Assembly: GCA_900551855.1 (NCBI GenBank)
Contig: URXM01000001.1
Span: forward strand, 125,804-189,803
DNA from: an uncultured Eubacteriales bacterium
Lineage (GTDB): Bacteria > Bacillota > Clostridia > Christensenellales > UBA1242
Direction: 5' to 3'
Length of the DNA: 64,000 nt
Positions 25,927 through 34,864 of this stretch are shown in pieces. The translations under genes were made by a program, and so were the position numbers. Each line of letters opens with the position of its first letter. Positions within the stretch are counted from its first letter, which is position 1. The notes beneath the pieces are model-generated. The model worked only from the letters and a program-made list of their open reading frames with translations, did no database searches and was not told the origin of the DNA.

Positions 25927-27000
25927 ATGAGATATTTAGACAATAATATAAATCTATTGCAAGAGAAACTCGATAAAGTTAAAATTACCAAGCCACAAAT
26001 CAGTTTTCTTCAAGTTATCAATAGATCTATGCGTGAAGTGGTCATCTCAAAATACCTGGCTTTTTTGCTAGACGAAAGAAATACAACATTTAAAGTTCTT
26101 GAAAAAATTTTAACAAAAACTCATGAAGGAGTTGAAAAATATAATGTAAATTTTAAAGAAAGCCAACTTGAAGGGGTATATACCGAGTTCCAAATTTCAA
26201 AAAACGACCGAATAGATATATTTATTAAATATTCCAATTTTTGGATTGTAATTGAAAATAAAATTTTTACTGGAGAGTCAAAAGAAAACCAAACAGTAAA
26301 ATATAAAGAAAAACTAACTAAAATAAATACAAGGAATTTGCCTATATTGTATATATATTTAAAGCCTAAAGCGAACCCCTCAAAGCCAAGTGAAAGTGCT
26401 TTTAAAGTATTAACATATGAAGATTTATATTCTATCTTAGATGCCATAAAAGAAAAAGATTTATGCCAAATAGAAAATTATAAGTTTTTACTTGATTTTA
26501 AAATTCATACAAAGGAGATATTGATGAAAATGTTTAATCTTGATACAGACGAAATGAAGTTTTATCTTGATAATCAAAATAAATTGCAAAATGTAATAAA
26601 TGCATACAATAAAAATTGTAAGCTTGTTAAAAATGCTTTGGTTGATGCTTTTAAAGATAGATTTGGATATGAGTTTGAAATTCATGAAACAAACAGATAC
26701 ATACAAGTTTATAAAAAAAATTGGGATGATGGAACACATTTTGAATTGTTGTTTAAAGATGGTGAGAATTTTGAAAATATTATTTCTGAAACCGATAGAA
26801 CTTTCTTCTTCTGTCTACATACAGAAGGAAAATCTCGTAACAAGTATCCTAAAATTAAAGAAAAAAGCCAAGAAGAAAAATTTAAATTTAATAGCAATGA
26901 GAATATAATGTCATCTATAAATAGTATTGTAGATAAATTTGATAACTTATTGATTAAAAAAGATACGGAAATTATTGATTCGAATTTTACTAAAAACTAA
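25927..27000 (+). CDS. PD-(D/E)XK-superfamily nuclease
   Basis: Core motifs appear in order: helix Glu (SMREVVISKYLAFLLDE), D in RIDIFI, E-x-K in WIVIENKIF, then ENQTVKY. The start is ambiguous: GTG 25900 and ATG 25909 lie inside the WYL ORF, and ATG 25927 lies 5 nt after its stop. Every option implies an operon with the WYL gene. Confidence 0.7.
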   Translation: MRYLDNNINLLQEKLDKVKITKPQISFLQVINRSMREVVISKYLAFLLDERNTTFKVLEKILTKTHEGVEKYNVNFKESQLEGVYTEFQISKNDRIDIFIKYSNFWIVIENKIFTGESKENQTVKYKEKLTKINTRNLPILYIYLKPKANPSKPSESAFKVLTYEDLYSILDAIKEKDLCQIENYKFLLDFKIHTKEILMKMFNLDTDEMKFYLDNQNKLQNVINAYNKNCKLVKNALVDAFKDRFGYEFEIHETNRYIQVYKKNWDDGTHFELLFKDGENFENIISETDRTFFFCLHTEGKSRNKYPKIKEKSQEEKFKFNSNENIMSSINSIVDKFDNLLIKKDTEIIDSNFTKN

Positions 27001-27020
27001 ATTTTGATATATTTAAAAAC

Positions 27021-27058
27021 AAAAAGGAACCTAACTATTTTGTGAAGTTCCTTTTCTT
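27021..27058. terminator. rho-independent terminator of the cargo operon
   Basis: Stem aaaaggaac (27022-27030) pairs with gttcctttt (27047-27055), followed by a T-run. Confidence 0.75.
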
Positions 27059-27060
27059 AA

Positions 27061-27106
27061 TTTTATACTAGTTTCAAAAGTTTGCACCCTTGCACTATCT
27101 TTTTTT
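27061..27106. repeat. right terminal inverted repeat (attR-like)
   Basis: The reverse complement reads aaaaaaagatagtg-caagggt-gcaaacttttgaaactag-tat. It matches 19452-19499 in two blocks: a 12-nt exact block, and a 14-nt block with 1 mismatch. Confidence 0.55.
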
Positions 27107-27115
27107 ATTTTTATA

Positions 27116-28225
27116 TTACCAAACTTTGTCTCGTTTTTTGTAGAACACGATTAAAGTGATTACACTTGCTAAAATCAAAACAGAACAAATAATCAATAAG
27201 ATTAGCCAAACATAAGATTTTGCTTGTTGTTTCATAGTTGAAAGGTTTTGAACAGACAAGTTTAGTTTGTCGCTTCCGTCAGAATTTTTTATTGTGCAAT
27301 AAACTGTCCATTTGCCTTCTATATCATTTGAATCGAAAACAAAACTCGTACCTGTGACTTTGTCTTCTGGCAATGACTGCCAAATAACTTTTGAATTTGC
27401 ATAATTTATATTTTCATCTTTAATTTTTTGAGTTAAGACATAACTTATATTTGTTTTATCATTTCCAACAACATTCCATTGTATGTATTTTGGATTTACA
27501 TATTTGTAAGTGTCATTTGAAAGATATAAATTGAAAATATTCATAAGTTTGTTTGAGCTTGAGATAGAATACAAAATGTTTATTTCTGAAACAGGAATTG
27601 AGTCTATGTCATCAGGCAAAATGGCGATGTAAATGTCTCCAACAGATCTTTTTATCTCAACATTGTCTTCTGTGTAAGTGTAAACAAAATCAAATTTGTA
27701 AAGTCCAAAATCGTTTCCTGTGCATCGTGTTGAAGTTTCTGTTATGTTTGCATCATCATCGATATAATAATAAAAATCAAACTGTGAAAAGGAATTGTTT
27801 GAAATTGTGCCTTGATATAAGATTTCAGGTTCAATTACACCGAGTGAAGTCTGTAAATCATCGGTTTGTATGTTTGTCAACAGAAATTGGTAATAACTGA
27901 AAGTTTTTGTGCTGTCTTTTATAGTGGAAGTGAAACGAAATCTAAAATATTCAAGTTCGCTCCATTTAAAGCAATAATATGTTATGCTTTCTCCAACAAC
28001 TGTGGTGACTTGTCTTTCATCAAGGGGCAACGCTGTTTGAGTTCTTGAATTTGCTTCAATTGACATTGAAAAGTTGTCATCTTGAATGTTTTTTGAGACA
28101 AAAGAATCTGCATAAGCAATATTGTTTAAAGGCAGAGTAAAAAATCCTACACCAAAGATAAGTGCAATCAAAAAAAATGCAAATATTTTATATATAAGAT
28201 TTTGTCTGATTTTTGTTTTCATCAA
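27116..28225 (-). CDS. type-I membrane / surface protein of unknown function
   Basis: N-terminal signal sequence (IFAFFLIALIFGVGFFTLPLNNIAYADS), a ~300-aa beta-rich ectodomain, and a C-terminal TM anchor (YVWLILLIICSVLILASVITLIVFYKKRDK). Confidence 0.6.
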   Translation of the reverse strand: MMKTKIRQNLIYKIFAFFLIALIFGVGFFTLPLNNIAYADSFVSKNIQDDNFSMSIEANSRTQTALPLDERQVTTVVGESITYYCFKWSELEYFRFRFTSTIKDSTKTFSYYQFLLTNIQTDDLQTSLGVIEPEILYQGTISNNSFSQFDFYYYIDDDANITETSTRCTGNDFGLYKFDFVYTYTEDNVEIKRSVGDIYIAILPDDIDSIPVSEINILYSISSSNKLMNIFNLYLSNDTYKYVNPKYIQWNVVGNDKTNISYVLTQKIKDENINYANSKVIWQSLPEDKVTGTSFVFDSNDIEGKWTVYCTIKNSDGSDKLNLSVQNLSTMKQQAKSYVWLILLIICSVLILASVITLIVFYKKRDKVW

Positions 28226-28351
28226 TATTATTCTAACATAATTTTATAATTTTTAAAAATAAATTGAAATAATTTTAAAATAATAATTTTACATCTCAAT
28301 TATAATGGTTTCTTTGTTGACAAAAAAAATAAATGATTTTATAATATTTCT

Positions 28352-29185
28352 ATGGAAATTGATAACGAATTGGAAATTGAAGTAAACGAAAATCAAATCA
28401 GTTTTGATTTTTTGCAAAATATGGAAAAAGAGCCTTTGCAACAAGCAGAAAATTATGAATGGGTTGCAGATGAGACTTTGGTCGTCATTATAAAAGCCAA
28501 GGGAGATATTTCACCTAATTTTGACATCTGTGGCAAAAAGATGATTGATTGGGTTGCTCTTGCGACTTCTGGTTGCACACAAAAAATTATTGAAGAGCCT
28601 GATGAAGAAAACTTGTTGCAAACAATAAAAGATTTATCTGATGGCTACAACTTTGTTGCCGTTTTTTATAGTGATACTCCACTTTTGAAAAAATCCACTT
28701 TTTTGGAGATTATGGATTATTTTTCAAAACGCAGAATGAATGTTTTAAAACTTGTCAGAGGATATGTTTTTAAAACAGAATATTTGCAAAATGCGAAAAT
28801 GCTTTTGTCTACAACTGTTGAAGAATTTGATAAAGAAGATTTTACTATTGTAAATTCTTCAAAAAAAGCTTCTTTTGCTTTCAAAATTTTGAATAACAGA
28901 ATTTTGAATTATCACAAAGAAAGAGGGGTTGTTTTCTTTGGGGAAAACACAATTTTTATTGATGCAGATGTGGAAATTGAAGAGGGCTGTGTGATCTATC
29001 CAAACAACATCATCAAGGGCGAAAGTTATATTGGGAAGAATGTAATTTTGGAAAGTGGAAATTATATTTTTGACACAATTGTTTGCGATGAAGCTTTTGT
29101 TTGCCAAAGTTATTTGGAAAAAAGTAAGGTAGAAAAAGGAAAGGTTGTTGGACCTTTTGCGAAACTTATAAATCAAAAAATTTAA
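28352..29185 (+). CDS. truncated, degenerate GlmU-like protein
   Basis: It keeps GlmU-like blocks: GKKMIDWV, FYSDTPLL (cf. LYGDVPLI), ILNNRIL, left-handed beta-helix hexapeptides, and it ends at VVGPFAKL (cf. IGPFARLRPG). The LAAGKGTRM motif is replaced by IIKAKGDISPNF, and the C-terminal acetyltransferase half is absent. It occupies the glmU-(prs)-pth-mfd synteny slot. Confidence 0.55.
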   Translation: MEIDNELEIEVNENQISFDFLQNMEKEPLQQAENYEWVADETLVVIIKAKGDISPNFDICGKKMIDWVALATSGCTQKIIEEPDEENLLQTIKDLSDGYNFVAVFYSDTPLLKKSTFLEIMDYFSKRRMNVLKLVRGYVFKTEYLQNAKMLLSTTVEEFDKEDFTIVNSSKKASFAFKILNNRILNYHKERGVVFFGENTIFIDADVEIEEGCVIYPNNIIKGESYIGKNVILESGNYIFDTIVCDEAFVCQSYLEKSKVEKGKVVGPFAKLINQKI

Positions 29186-29196
29186 GGGGAATTTTT

Positions 29197-29700
29197 ATGA
29201 ATATCGTGGTTGGACTTGGAAATCCTGATGACAAATATAAAAACACATATCATAATATCGGTTTTGATGTAGTTGATGCCCTAGCAAAAAAGTTGGGCAT
29301 TTCTTTTGATAAAAACAAATTTAAAGCTCTTGTTGGAGAAGGAACTTTGAACGGAGAAAAACTTTTGATTGTAAAACCTCAAACCTACATGAATTTGAGT
29401 GGTGAGTCAGTCGTTATGCTTAAAAACAAATTTAAAGATGCTCGTATTTTGGTCGTGGTTGATGATATTGATTTGCCAAAAGGAAACATAAGATACAGAG
29501 AACATGGTTCTGCAGGCACACATAATGGGCTTAGAAGCATTGTTTCTTACATTGGTGAAGATTTTGAAAGAATCAAAGTGGGTATAGGCAGAGATATAAC
29601 TATGGATCTTGCTGACTATGTCCTTTCAAAATATGATAAAAATGTTTTTGCACCAATTATTGATAAAGCAGTAAACGAAATTTGCGAGAGATTGTCTTAA
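29197..29700 (+). CDS. pth: peptidyl-tRNA hydrolase
   Basis: Shows VGLGNP...Y..T.HNIGF, the PQTYMNLSGESV motif and GTHNGLRSI. RBS GGGG/AAGGGG lies upstream. Confidence 0.9.
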   Translation: MNIVVGLGNPDDKYKNTYHNIGFDVVDALAKKLGISFDKNKFKALVGEGTLNGEKLLIVKPQTYMNLSGESVVMLKNKFKDARILVVVDDIDLPKGNIRYREHGSAGTHNGLRSIVSYIGEDFERIKVGIGRDITMDLADYVLSKYDKNVFAPIIDKAVNEICERLS

Positions 29701-32700
29701 TGGAAAAATTTTTAAAACTTCTTCAATCAACACAGTTATCCAAGAAAGCAAACTTGGGTGGTTTTTTTGTTGGCGAAAAAGTTTTGTTTTGTGCTTTGCA
29801 TGACAAACTTGTTTATTTGTGTGGTGATTTTGTCACAGCAAGCAAACTAAAAAGAGGACTTTTAGACTGCGGGAGAAAAGTTCAGATTGTCTCTTGTGGC
29901 AGAGAAAACGAAGATGAAAAAGATTTCAATTTGTTTCCTTTTGCAGATGCCGTTTCTTCTTTTTTGGAAAATAAGATTGATGTGCTTATATTTTTGCCTT
30001 CGTCTCTTACAACAAAATTTGATTTAAATTTTTTGCGCAGTAAGTTTGTAATTCAACAAGAAAAAGAGATCCCTTTTGAAGAATTATCAGAAAAATTGAT
30101 TTCTTTTGGATACGAAAGAGTTGATTATGTCACAAGCGTAGGACAGTTTGCAGTAAGGGGAGATGTCGTAGATATTTTTGTTTCTGGACAGGAATATCCT
30201 TACAGAATTGAATTTTTTGATGATGAAGTTGAAAAAATAATAAATTTTGATTTTGCAACCATGAAAACTCAAAAAATGGTTGAAAAAATTGAAATTTTCC
30301 CTATTTTTTTGAAAATTGGAGAAAACTCGGTTTTTGATCTGTGTGAAAATATTGTTGTTGATGAACCAATAAAAATCGAAAACGAATGCAAAATTTTAGA
30401 GAAGAGCAGAGAGGAATTGTCTTGGAATTCTGATGGCCTTTTCTTGAAATTTGAAGATGTTGACTTAAAAAAATATGTTGTTTTGTCAAACACTAATGAT
30501 AGTGATTTTGAAAATAAAACTGTTGGACAAAAAAGTTATATAACAGATTTCTTGTCTTTGAAAAAAGATATAACAATTTATGCTGATGGACATATCAATG
30601 TTTTTTTGTTTGCAGGAGAATATTTTGATATTCTAAGAGAATTTTTGTTGACAAACAAAATTCAATTTAAAGTTTTTGATGGAGAATTGGTAGAAAACCT
30701 GCACATTTATTTGTGCAAAGATTATTTCCCATATTCTTTCAGTTTCTTGGAATTTGGTATCGTTGGTATTGGTACTGACGATATGTATAAAAACAAAAAA
30801 GTTGATTACAGGTCTGGGAAACAAAACTTTTCTTATCTTCCAAAGGTGGGAGACTATGTTGTTCACTCTTTCTATGGGGTTGGACGATGCAAAGATATTG
30901 TCAGAATGAAACTTTCTCACTTTGAGAAAGATTATTTTGTAATTGAATACAAAAATGGTGCCCTTTTATATTTGCCATCAGAGCAGGCAAATCTTGTTTC
31001 TGCTTATATTGGTGGAGAAAATCCGAAACTTAACGCTTTGGGCTCTAGTGAATGGACAAAATTAAAACAAAAAGTCAAAGAAGACTTAAAAGAAGTTGCT
31101 ATTTCTTTGGCTAAGATTTACAAGGAGCGTGAAGAAAAGAAAGGTTTTGTTTTTGTCAGAGATGAAGAACTGGAAAAACAATTTTCGGATGCTTTTCAAT
31201 ACGAACTTACACCAGATCAGGTGCAGGCTATTGCTGATGTTGACAAAGATATGGAAAGTGACAAAATTATGGACAGATTGATTTGTGGTGATGTTGGATT
31301 TGGGAAAACAGAAGTCGCTTTCAGAGCAATTTTTAAAGCCGTATACAATGGAAAACAAGTTGCGTTTCTTTGCCCAACCACTATTTTGTCAGAGCAACAT
31401 TATCGTTCTACAAAACAGAGAATGAATGGTTTTGGTCTTAGAATTGAAATCTTAAACAGATTTAAAACGGACAAAGAAACTAAAGATATTTATAAGCGTC
31501 TTGCAGAAGGAAAAATTGATATTTTGATTGGGACTCACAAAATTTTAAACGAAAATTTGAAGTTTAAAGATTTGGGTTTATTGGTGCTTGATGAGGAACA
31601 AAGATTTGGTGTCAAGGACAAAGAAAAGATCAAAAAAATGAAGACGGATATCGATGTTTTGACACTTTCAGCTACTCCTATTCCAAGAACTTTGCACATG
31701 TCACTTTCTGGGATTAGAGATATAAGTGTTATTGCAACGCCTCCTAGAGATAGGCTTCCAATACAAACCTATGTAAGTCCTTACAGCGACCAACTTTTGC
31801 AAGATGTTGTTTCAAGAGAGTTATCAAGAAATGGCAAGGCACTTATTCTTTTCAACAGAGTGGCAGAAATTTATGAATTTAGAAGTCATGTTGCTTCACT
31901 CTTACCACAAGCGAAAATTGGCGTTGCACATGGACAAATGATGGAAAACGAATTGGCAAAAGTGATCAATGACCTTTACGAAGACAAATTCAATTTGTTT
32001 ATTTCTACAACTTTGATAGAAAACGGAATTGATTTGCCAACTTTGAACACTTTGTTTGTGGTTGATTGTGATATGTTGGGGTTAAGTCAACTTTATCAAA
32101 TTAGAGGTAGAATTGGTCGTTCTGACAAACTGGCATATGCATATTTGACCTATAATGGCGGAAAGGTCTTGACAGAAGATGCATACAAGCGTCTGGAAGC
32201 GATAAAAGAATTTAGAGAACTCGGAAGCGGATTTAAGATTGCTATGAGAGATTTGGAAATCCGAGGAGCTGGAAACATTCTTGGAAAAGAACAACATGGT
32301 CATATGCAAAAAGTTGGCTACGATATGTATGTTAGACTTTTGGAAGAAGTCACAAAAGAGATTTCTGGACAAAAAACTCATGATGCAAAGGAAATCAAGA
32401 TGGAGCTTGTGCTTGATGCGTATATCAGTGAAGAATACATTCCATCTCAAGAAGAAAGAATTGTTTTCTACAACAAAATCAGCAATATTTCTTCTGAGTC
32501 TGAATACAAACAGGTGCTTACGCAACTTCAAGAAAGCAATGGAGATGTACCTGTTGAAGTTGTCAACTTGTGTAAAGTCGCATTTTTGAAGAATTTGGCT
32601 GGCAATTTTAATGTCAAGAAAATCAAAATTAATTCTGCTGATTGCTTGATTTATTTCTACAAAAGTGAAGAGATTATTGATAAAAGATTGTCGAATGTTG

Positions 32701-32834
32701 GCAAATTTTATGATACCTGTTTAAAATTTGAAGATCTACCTATTCTAAAGGTGAATACAAAAGGAAAAGTTATTGACAAAGTTGATTTACTTATAGATAT
32801 GTTTTCAAATGCTTTAACCAGCAAAAAAGATTGA
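29700..32834 (+). CDS. mfd: transcription-repair coupling factor
   Basis: CarD/TRCF RNAP-interacting domain (GDYVVHSFYGVGR), Walker A CGDVGFGKTEVA, DEEQRFGV, RGRIGRS and a C-terminal TRCF domain. The ATG at 29700 overlaps the pth stop (TAATG). Confidence 0.95.
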   Translation: MEKFLKLLQSTQLSKKANLGGFFVGEKVLFCALHDKLVYLCGDFVTASKLKRGLLDCGRKVQIVSCGRENEDEKDFNLFPFADAVSSFLENKIDVLIFLPSSLTTKFDLNFLRSKFVIQQEKEIPFEELSEKLISFGYERVDYVTSVGQFAVRGDVVDIFVSGQEYPYRIEFFDDEVEKIINFDFATMKTQKMVEKIEIFPIFLKIGENSVFDLCENIVVDEPIKIENECKILEKSREELSWNSDGLFLKFEDVDLKKYVVLSNTNDSDFENKTVGQKSYITDFLSLKKDITIYADGHINVFLFAGEYFDILREFLLTNKIQFKVFDGELVENLHIYLCKDYFPYSFSFLEFGIVGIGTDDMYKNKKVDYRSGKQNFSYLPKVGDYVVHSFYGVGRCKDIVRMKLSHFEKDYFVIEYKNGALLYLPSEQANLVSAYIGGENPKLNALGSSEWTKLKQKVKEDLKEVAISLAKIYKEREEKKGFVFVRDEELEKQFSDAFQYELTPDQVQAIADVDKDMESDKIMDRLICGDVGFGKTEVAFRAIFKAVYNGKQVAFLCPTTILSEQHYRSTKQRMNGFGLRIEILNRFKTDKETKDIYKRLAEGKIDILIGTHKILNENLKFKDLGLLVLDEEQRFGVKDKEKIKKMKTDIDVLTLSATPIPRTLHMSLSGIRDISVIATPPRDRLPIQTYVSPYSDQLLQDVVSRELSRNGKALILFNRVAEIYEFRSHVASLLPQAKIGVAHGQMMENELAKVINDLYEDKFNLFISTTLIENGIDLPTLNTLFVVDCDMLGLSQLYQIRGRIGRSDKLAYAYLTYNGGKVLTEDAYKRLEAIKEFRELGSGFKIAMRDLEIRGAGNILGKEQHGHMQKVGYDMYVRLLEEVTKEISGQKTHDAKEIKMELVLDAYISEEYIPSQEERIVFYNKISNISSESEYKQVLTQLQESNGDVPVEVVNLCKVAFLKNLAGNFNVKKIKINSADCLIYFYKSEEIIDKRLSNVGKFYDTCLKFEDLPILKVNTKGKVIDKVDLLIDMFSNALTSKKD

Positions 32835-32945
32835 TGAAAATGCTTGCTTTTGCTTGAAATTTATTGTTTTATAGTTTATAATATCAAAGTTAGAATATTT
32901 ATTAAAGTGAAGGATCTTCGCTTTAAAATTTGCTTGGAGATTGAT

Positions 32946-34799
32946 GTGAAAAGAAAATTTGCAGCGTTATTTATGATGGTGATTATGTGCTTGTCTGTTT
33001 TTACAGGCTGTTCTTTAGTCACGAGAAATGATAAAAATTATTTTGAAGCAGTTGTTGCGACAATTACTTATACTGATGGAGAAAAAGAAAACATAACAAA
33101 AAGAGATTTAATCTCTGCTTACAACAGCTATGGATACAACTATGTTGACAACTATGGTTATACTATGGAACAAGCAGTTAACCAAACATTGGAGACCATT
33201 ATTGACAACCGTTTGACAATTAAAGCCGTTGAAAATTATTATGAAGAAAATCCTAGTGAAGGAGAAATGTTAAACGGAAACGAAACAACATATCTTTGGG
33301 ATACAACTTACAGTTCTTTGTATTCAAATTTAAAAGAATATTTGAACGAAGTTTTAGAAAATTCTTCTGATGATAGTACCGACGATGCAGAAAGTGACAC
33401 AAATGCTTCAGTTTATACACCATACGACAAAACAGCTTATCTTGATGTTGATGCAAATGGGAAATATGTAATTAGAAAAACCACACCTGCAACAACTATT
33501 AGAGCAACATACCAAGGCAGACAAAATGCAAGTGGTGTTTATTGCGACTATGATTATAAAGATGCAGAAGGAAATTATCCTTTTAAAGAAGCAATGTATG
33601 AAAAACTTTATTCTTTGATCGACTCAAGCAATTCTACAAGTGCAAAAAATTGGAGAAGTGCTTTCAACAAATATCTTGCAGATATAAAAGAAAACTATGG
33701 ATATAAAGATTTCAAGACTGACAAAGAATGGTTCTTGTTTGAAATGGACAGAGTTTACAACATTCTTAGAGACAACTATATTGTTGAAAAATATGAAGTT
33801 ATTTTCAATACTCAATCTCATCAAGATGCAGACATTTCAAATATAACAGTTAAAGATGTATTGTCTTATTATTCAGCAAAAGTTAGAGCAGACTATGCAA
33901 CATACAAGATTGGTGGTGATACAGAAACTTATGCTAGCACAATGCTTTCAGACGTTGGAAGTGTAGATTACATTTTGGAAGGCAGTGGTGCTTCAAATTA
34001 CTTCTATGTAGGTTATATCAAATTGGAAATGACAGATGACCAAAAGGCAGAATATTCTGCACTTAAAACAGCACTGGAAAGTCAATCAATTGGATATAAT
34101 GAATATGAAGAAGCTATGAACAATTTATATAGCAGAATTAGTGCAACAGTAAGAGATGCAGAAACTGGAGAAAAAACAACAGAAACAATTTCTGCTCAAA
34201 ACTTGTTAAACAAAATCAATGAAGATATTGCAAATTATCAATATATTTCTGATTCAACAATGACAGAAACAGAACTTGCAAACTACAATAAACAAATTTC
34301 TTACAACAAGGCAGATGCATTTAGAAAATATCTTTATCTCTACAATGATGATGACACTTTGAAAGGTGCAGAATACAATGCAGTGTTTGGTGTTGATTCT
34401 TCAAACAAAGTTTTGGCAAATGATACATTTAGTTCAAATGATGATGTTAAAGAAGCAATCTTAAAACTCTATGACAATGGAAATGCTCAAGTTGGTGATA
34501 CAACTGATTTTGTTAGAGCAGAAGATGGACTTTATATGTTCTTCTATGCAGGAGAAATCAAAAATTTGTTTAGTGGAATAACAGCTGATTTTGATGCTTC
34601 AACAAACCTTGACAACATCAAATTGTTGACTTCAACAAGATTAAACATCTTCTCTGATAAAACTGTATTTGATAAGATTTACGAATCTCTTACAAAAGAC
34701 AACTTCTCTGTTTTCCAAAACATGAACATGAACTATTTAAGAACATACATGACAACAAAGATTGAATCTATAACAAACAATATTAAAGATTTATATTGA
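32946..34799 (+). CDS. lipoprotein with a SurA-N/PrsA-like N-terminal region and no recognisable parvulin domain
   Basis: GTG 32946 lies 5 nt after GGAGA. Lipobox LSVFTGC. The N-terminal FEAVVATITYTDGEKENITKRDLISAY resembles the SurA_N chaperone module. It sits in the post-mfd position where Clostridia usually carry prsA-like genes. Confidence 0.5.
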   Translation: MKRKFAALFMMVIMCLSVFTGCSLVTRNDKNYFEAVVATITYTDGEKENITKRDLISAYNSYGYNYVDNYGYTMEQAVNQTLETIIDNRLTIKAVENYYEENPSEGEMLNGNETTYLWDTTYSSLYSNLKEYLNEVLENSSDDSTDDAESDTNASVYTPYDKTAYLDVDANGKYVIRKTTPATTIRATYQGRQNASGVYCDYDYKDAEGNYPFKEAMYEKLYSLIDSSNSTSAKNWRSAFNKYLADIKENYGYKDFKTDKEWFLFEMDRVYNILRDNYIVEKYEVIFNTQSHQDADISNITVKDVLSYYSAKVRADYATYKIGGDTETYASTMLSDVGSVDYILEGSGASNYFYVGYIKLEMTDDQKAEYSALKTALESQSIGYNEYEEAMNNLYSRISATVRDAETGEKTTETISAQNLLNKINEDIANYQYISDSTMTETELANYNKQISYNKADAFRKYLYLYNDDDTLKGAEYNAVFGVDSSNKVLANDTFSSNDDVKEAILKLYDNGNAQVGDTTDFVRAEDGLYMFFYAGEIKNLFSGITADFDASTNLDNIKLLTSTRLNIFSDKTVFDKIYESLTKDNFSVFQNMNMNYLRTYMTTKIESITNNIKDLY

Positions 34800-34835
34800 T
34801 AGAGGAGAAAAATTTAGGGCAACTCTTGTTTAAAA

Positions 34836-34864
34836 TTGACAAGGGTTGTTTTTTTTGCTAAAAT
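34836..34864 (+). promoter_or_regulatory. consensus sigma-70 promoter
   Basis: TTGACA (34836-34841), 17-nt spacer, TAAAAT (34859-34864). This overlaps the first ATG of the downstream ORF, so ATG 34875 may be the real, near-leaderless start. Confidence 0.5.

Larger units (their letters stand above)
19466..27092. mobile_element. about 7.6-kb integrative (probably mobilizable) element with a large serine recombinase
   Basis: Bounded by nested imperfect inverted repeats and inserted between convergent host genes (stops at 19448 and 27116). It carries a recombinase, an HUH Rep-like gene, a sigma-like gene, an origin-like non-coding region and a 3-gene cargo operon. Ends are approximate because the crossover is not resolvable by eye. 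Confidence 0.65.
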
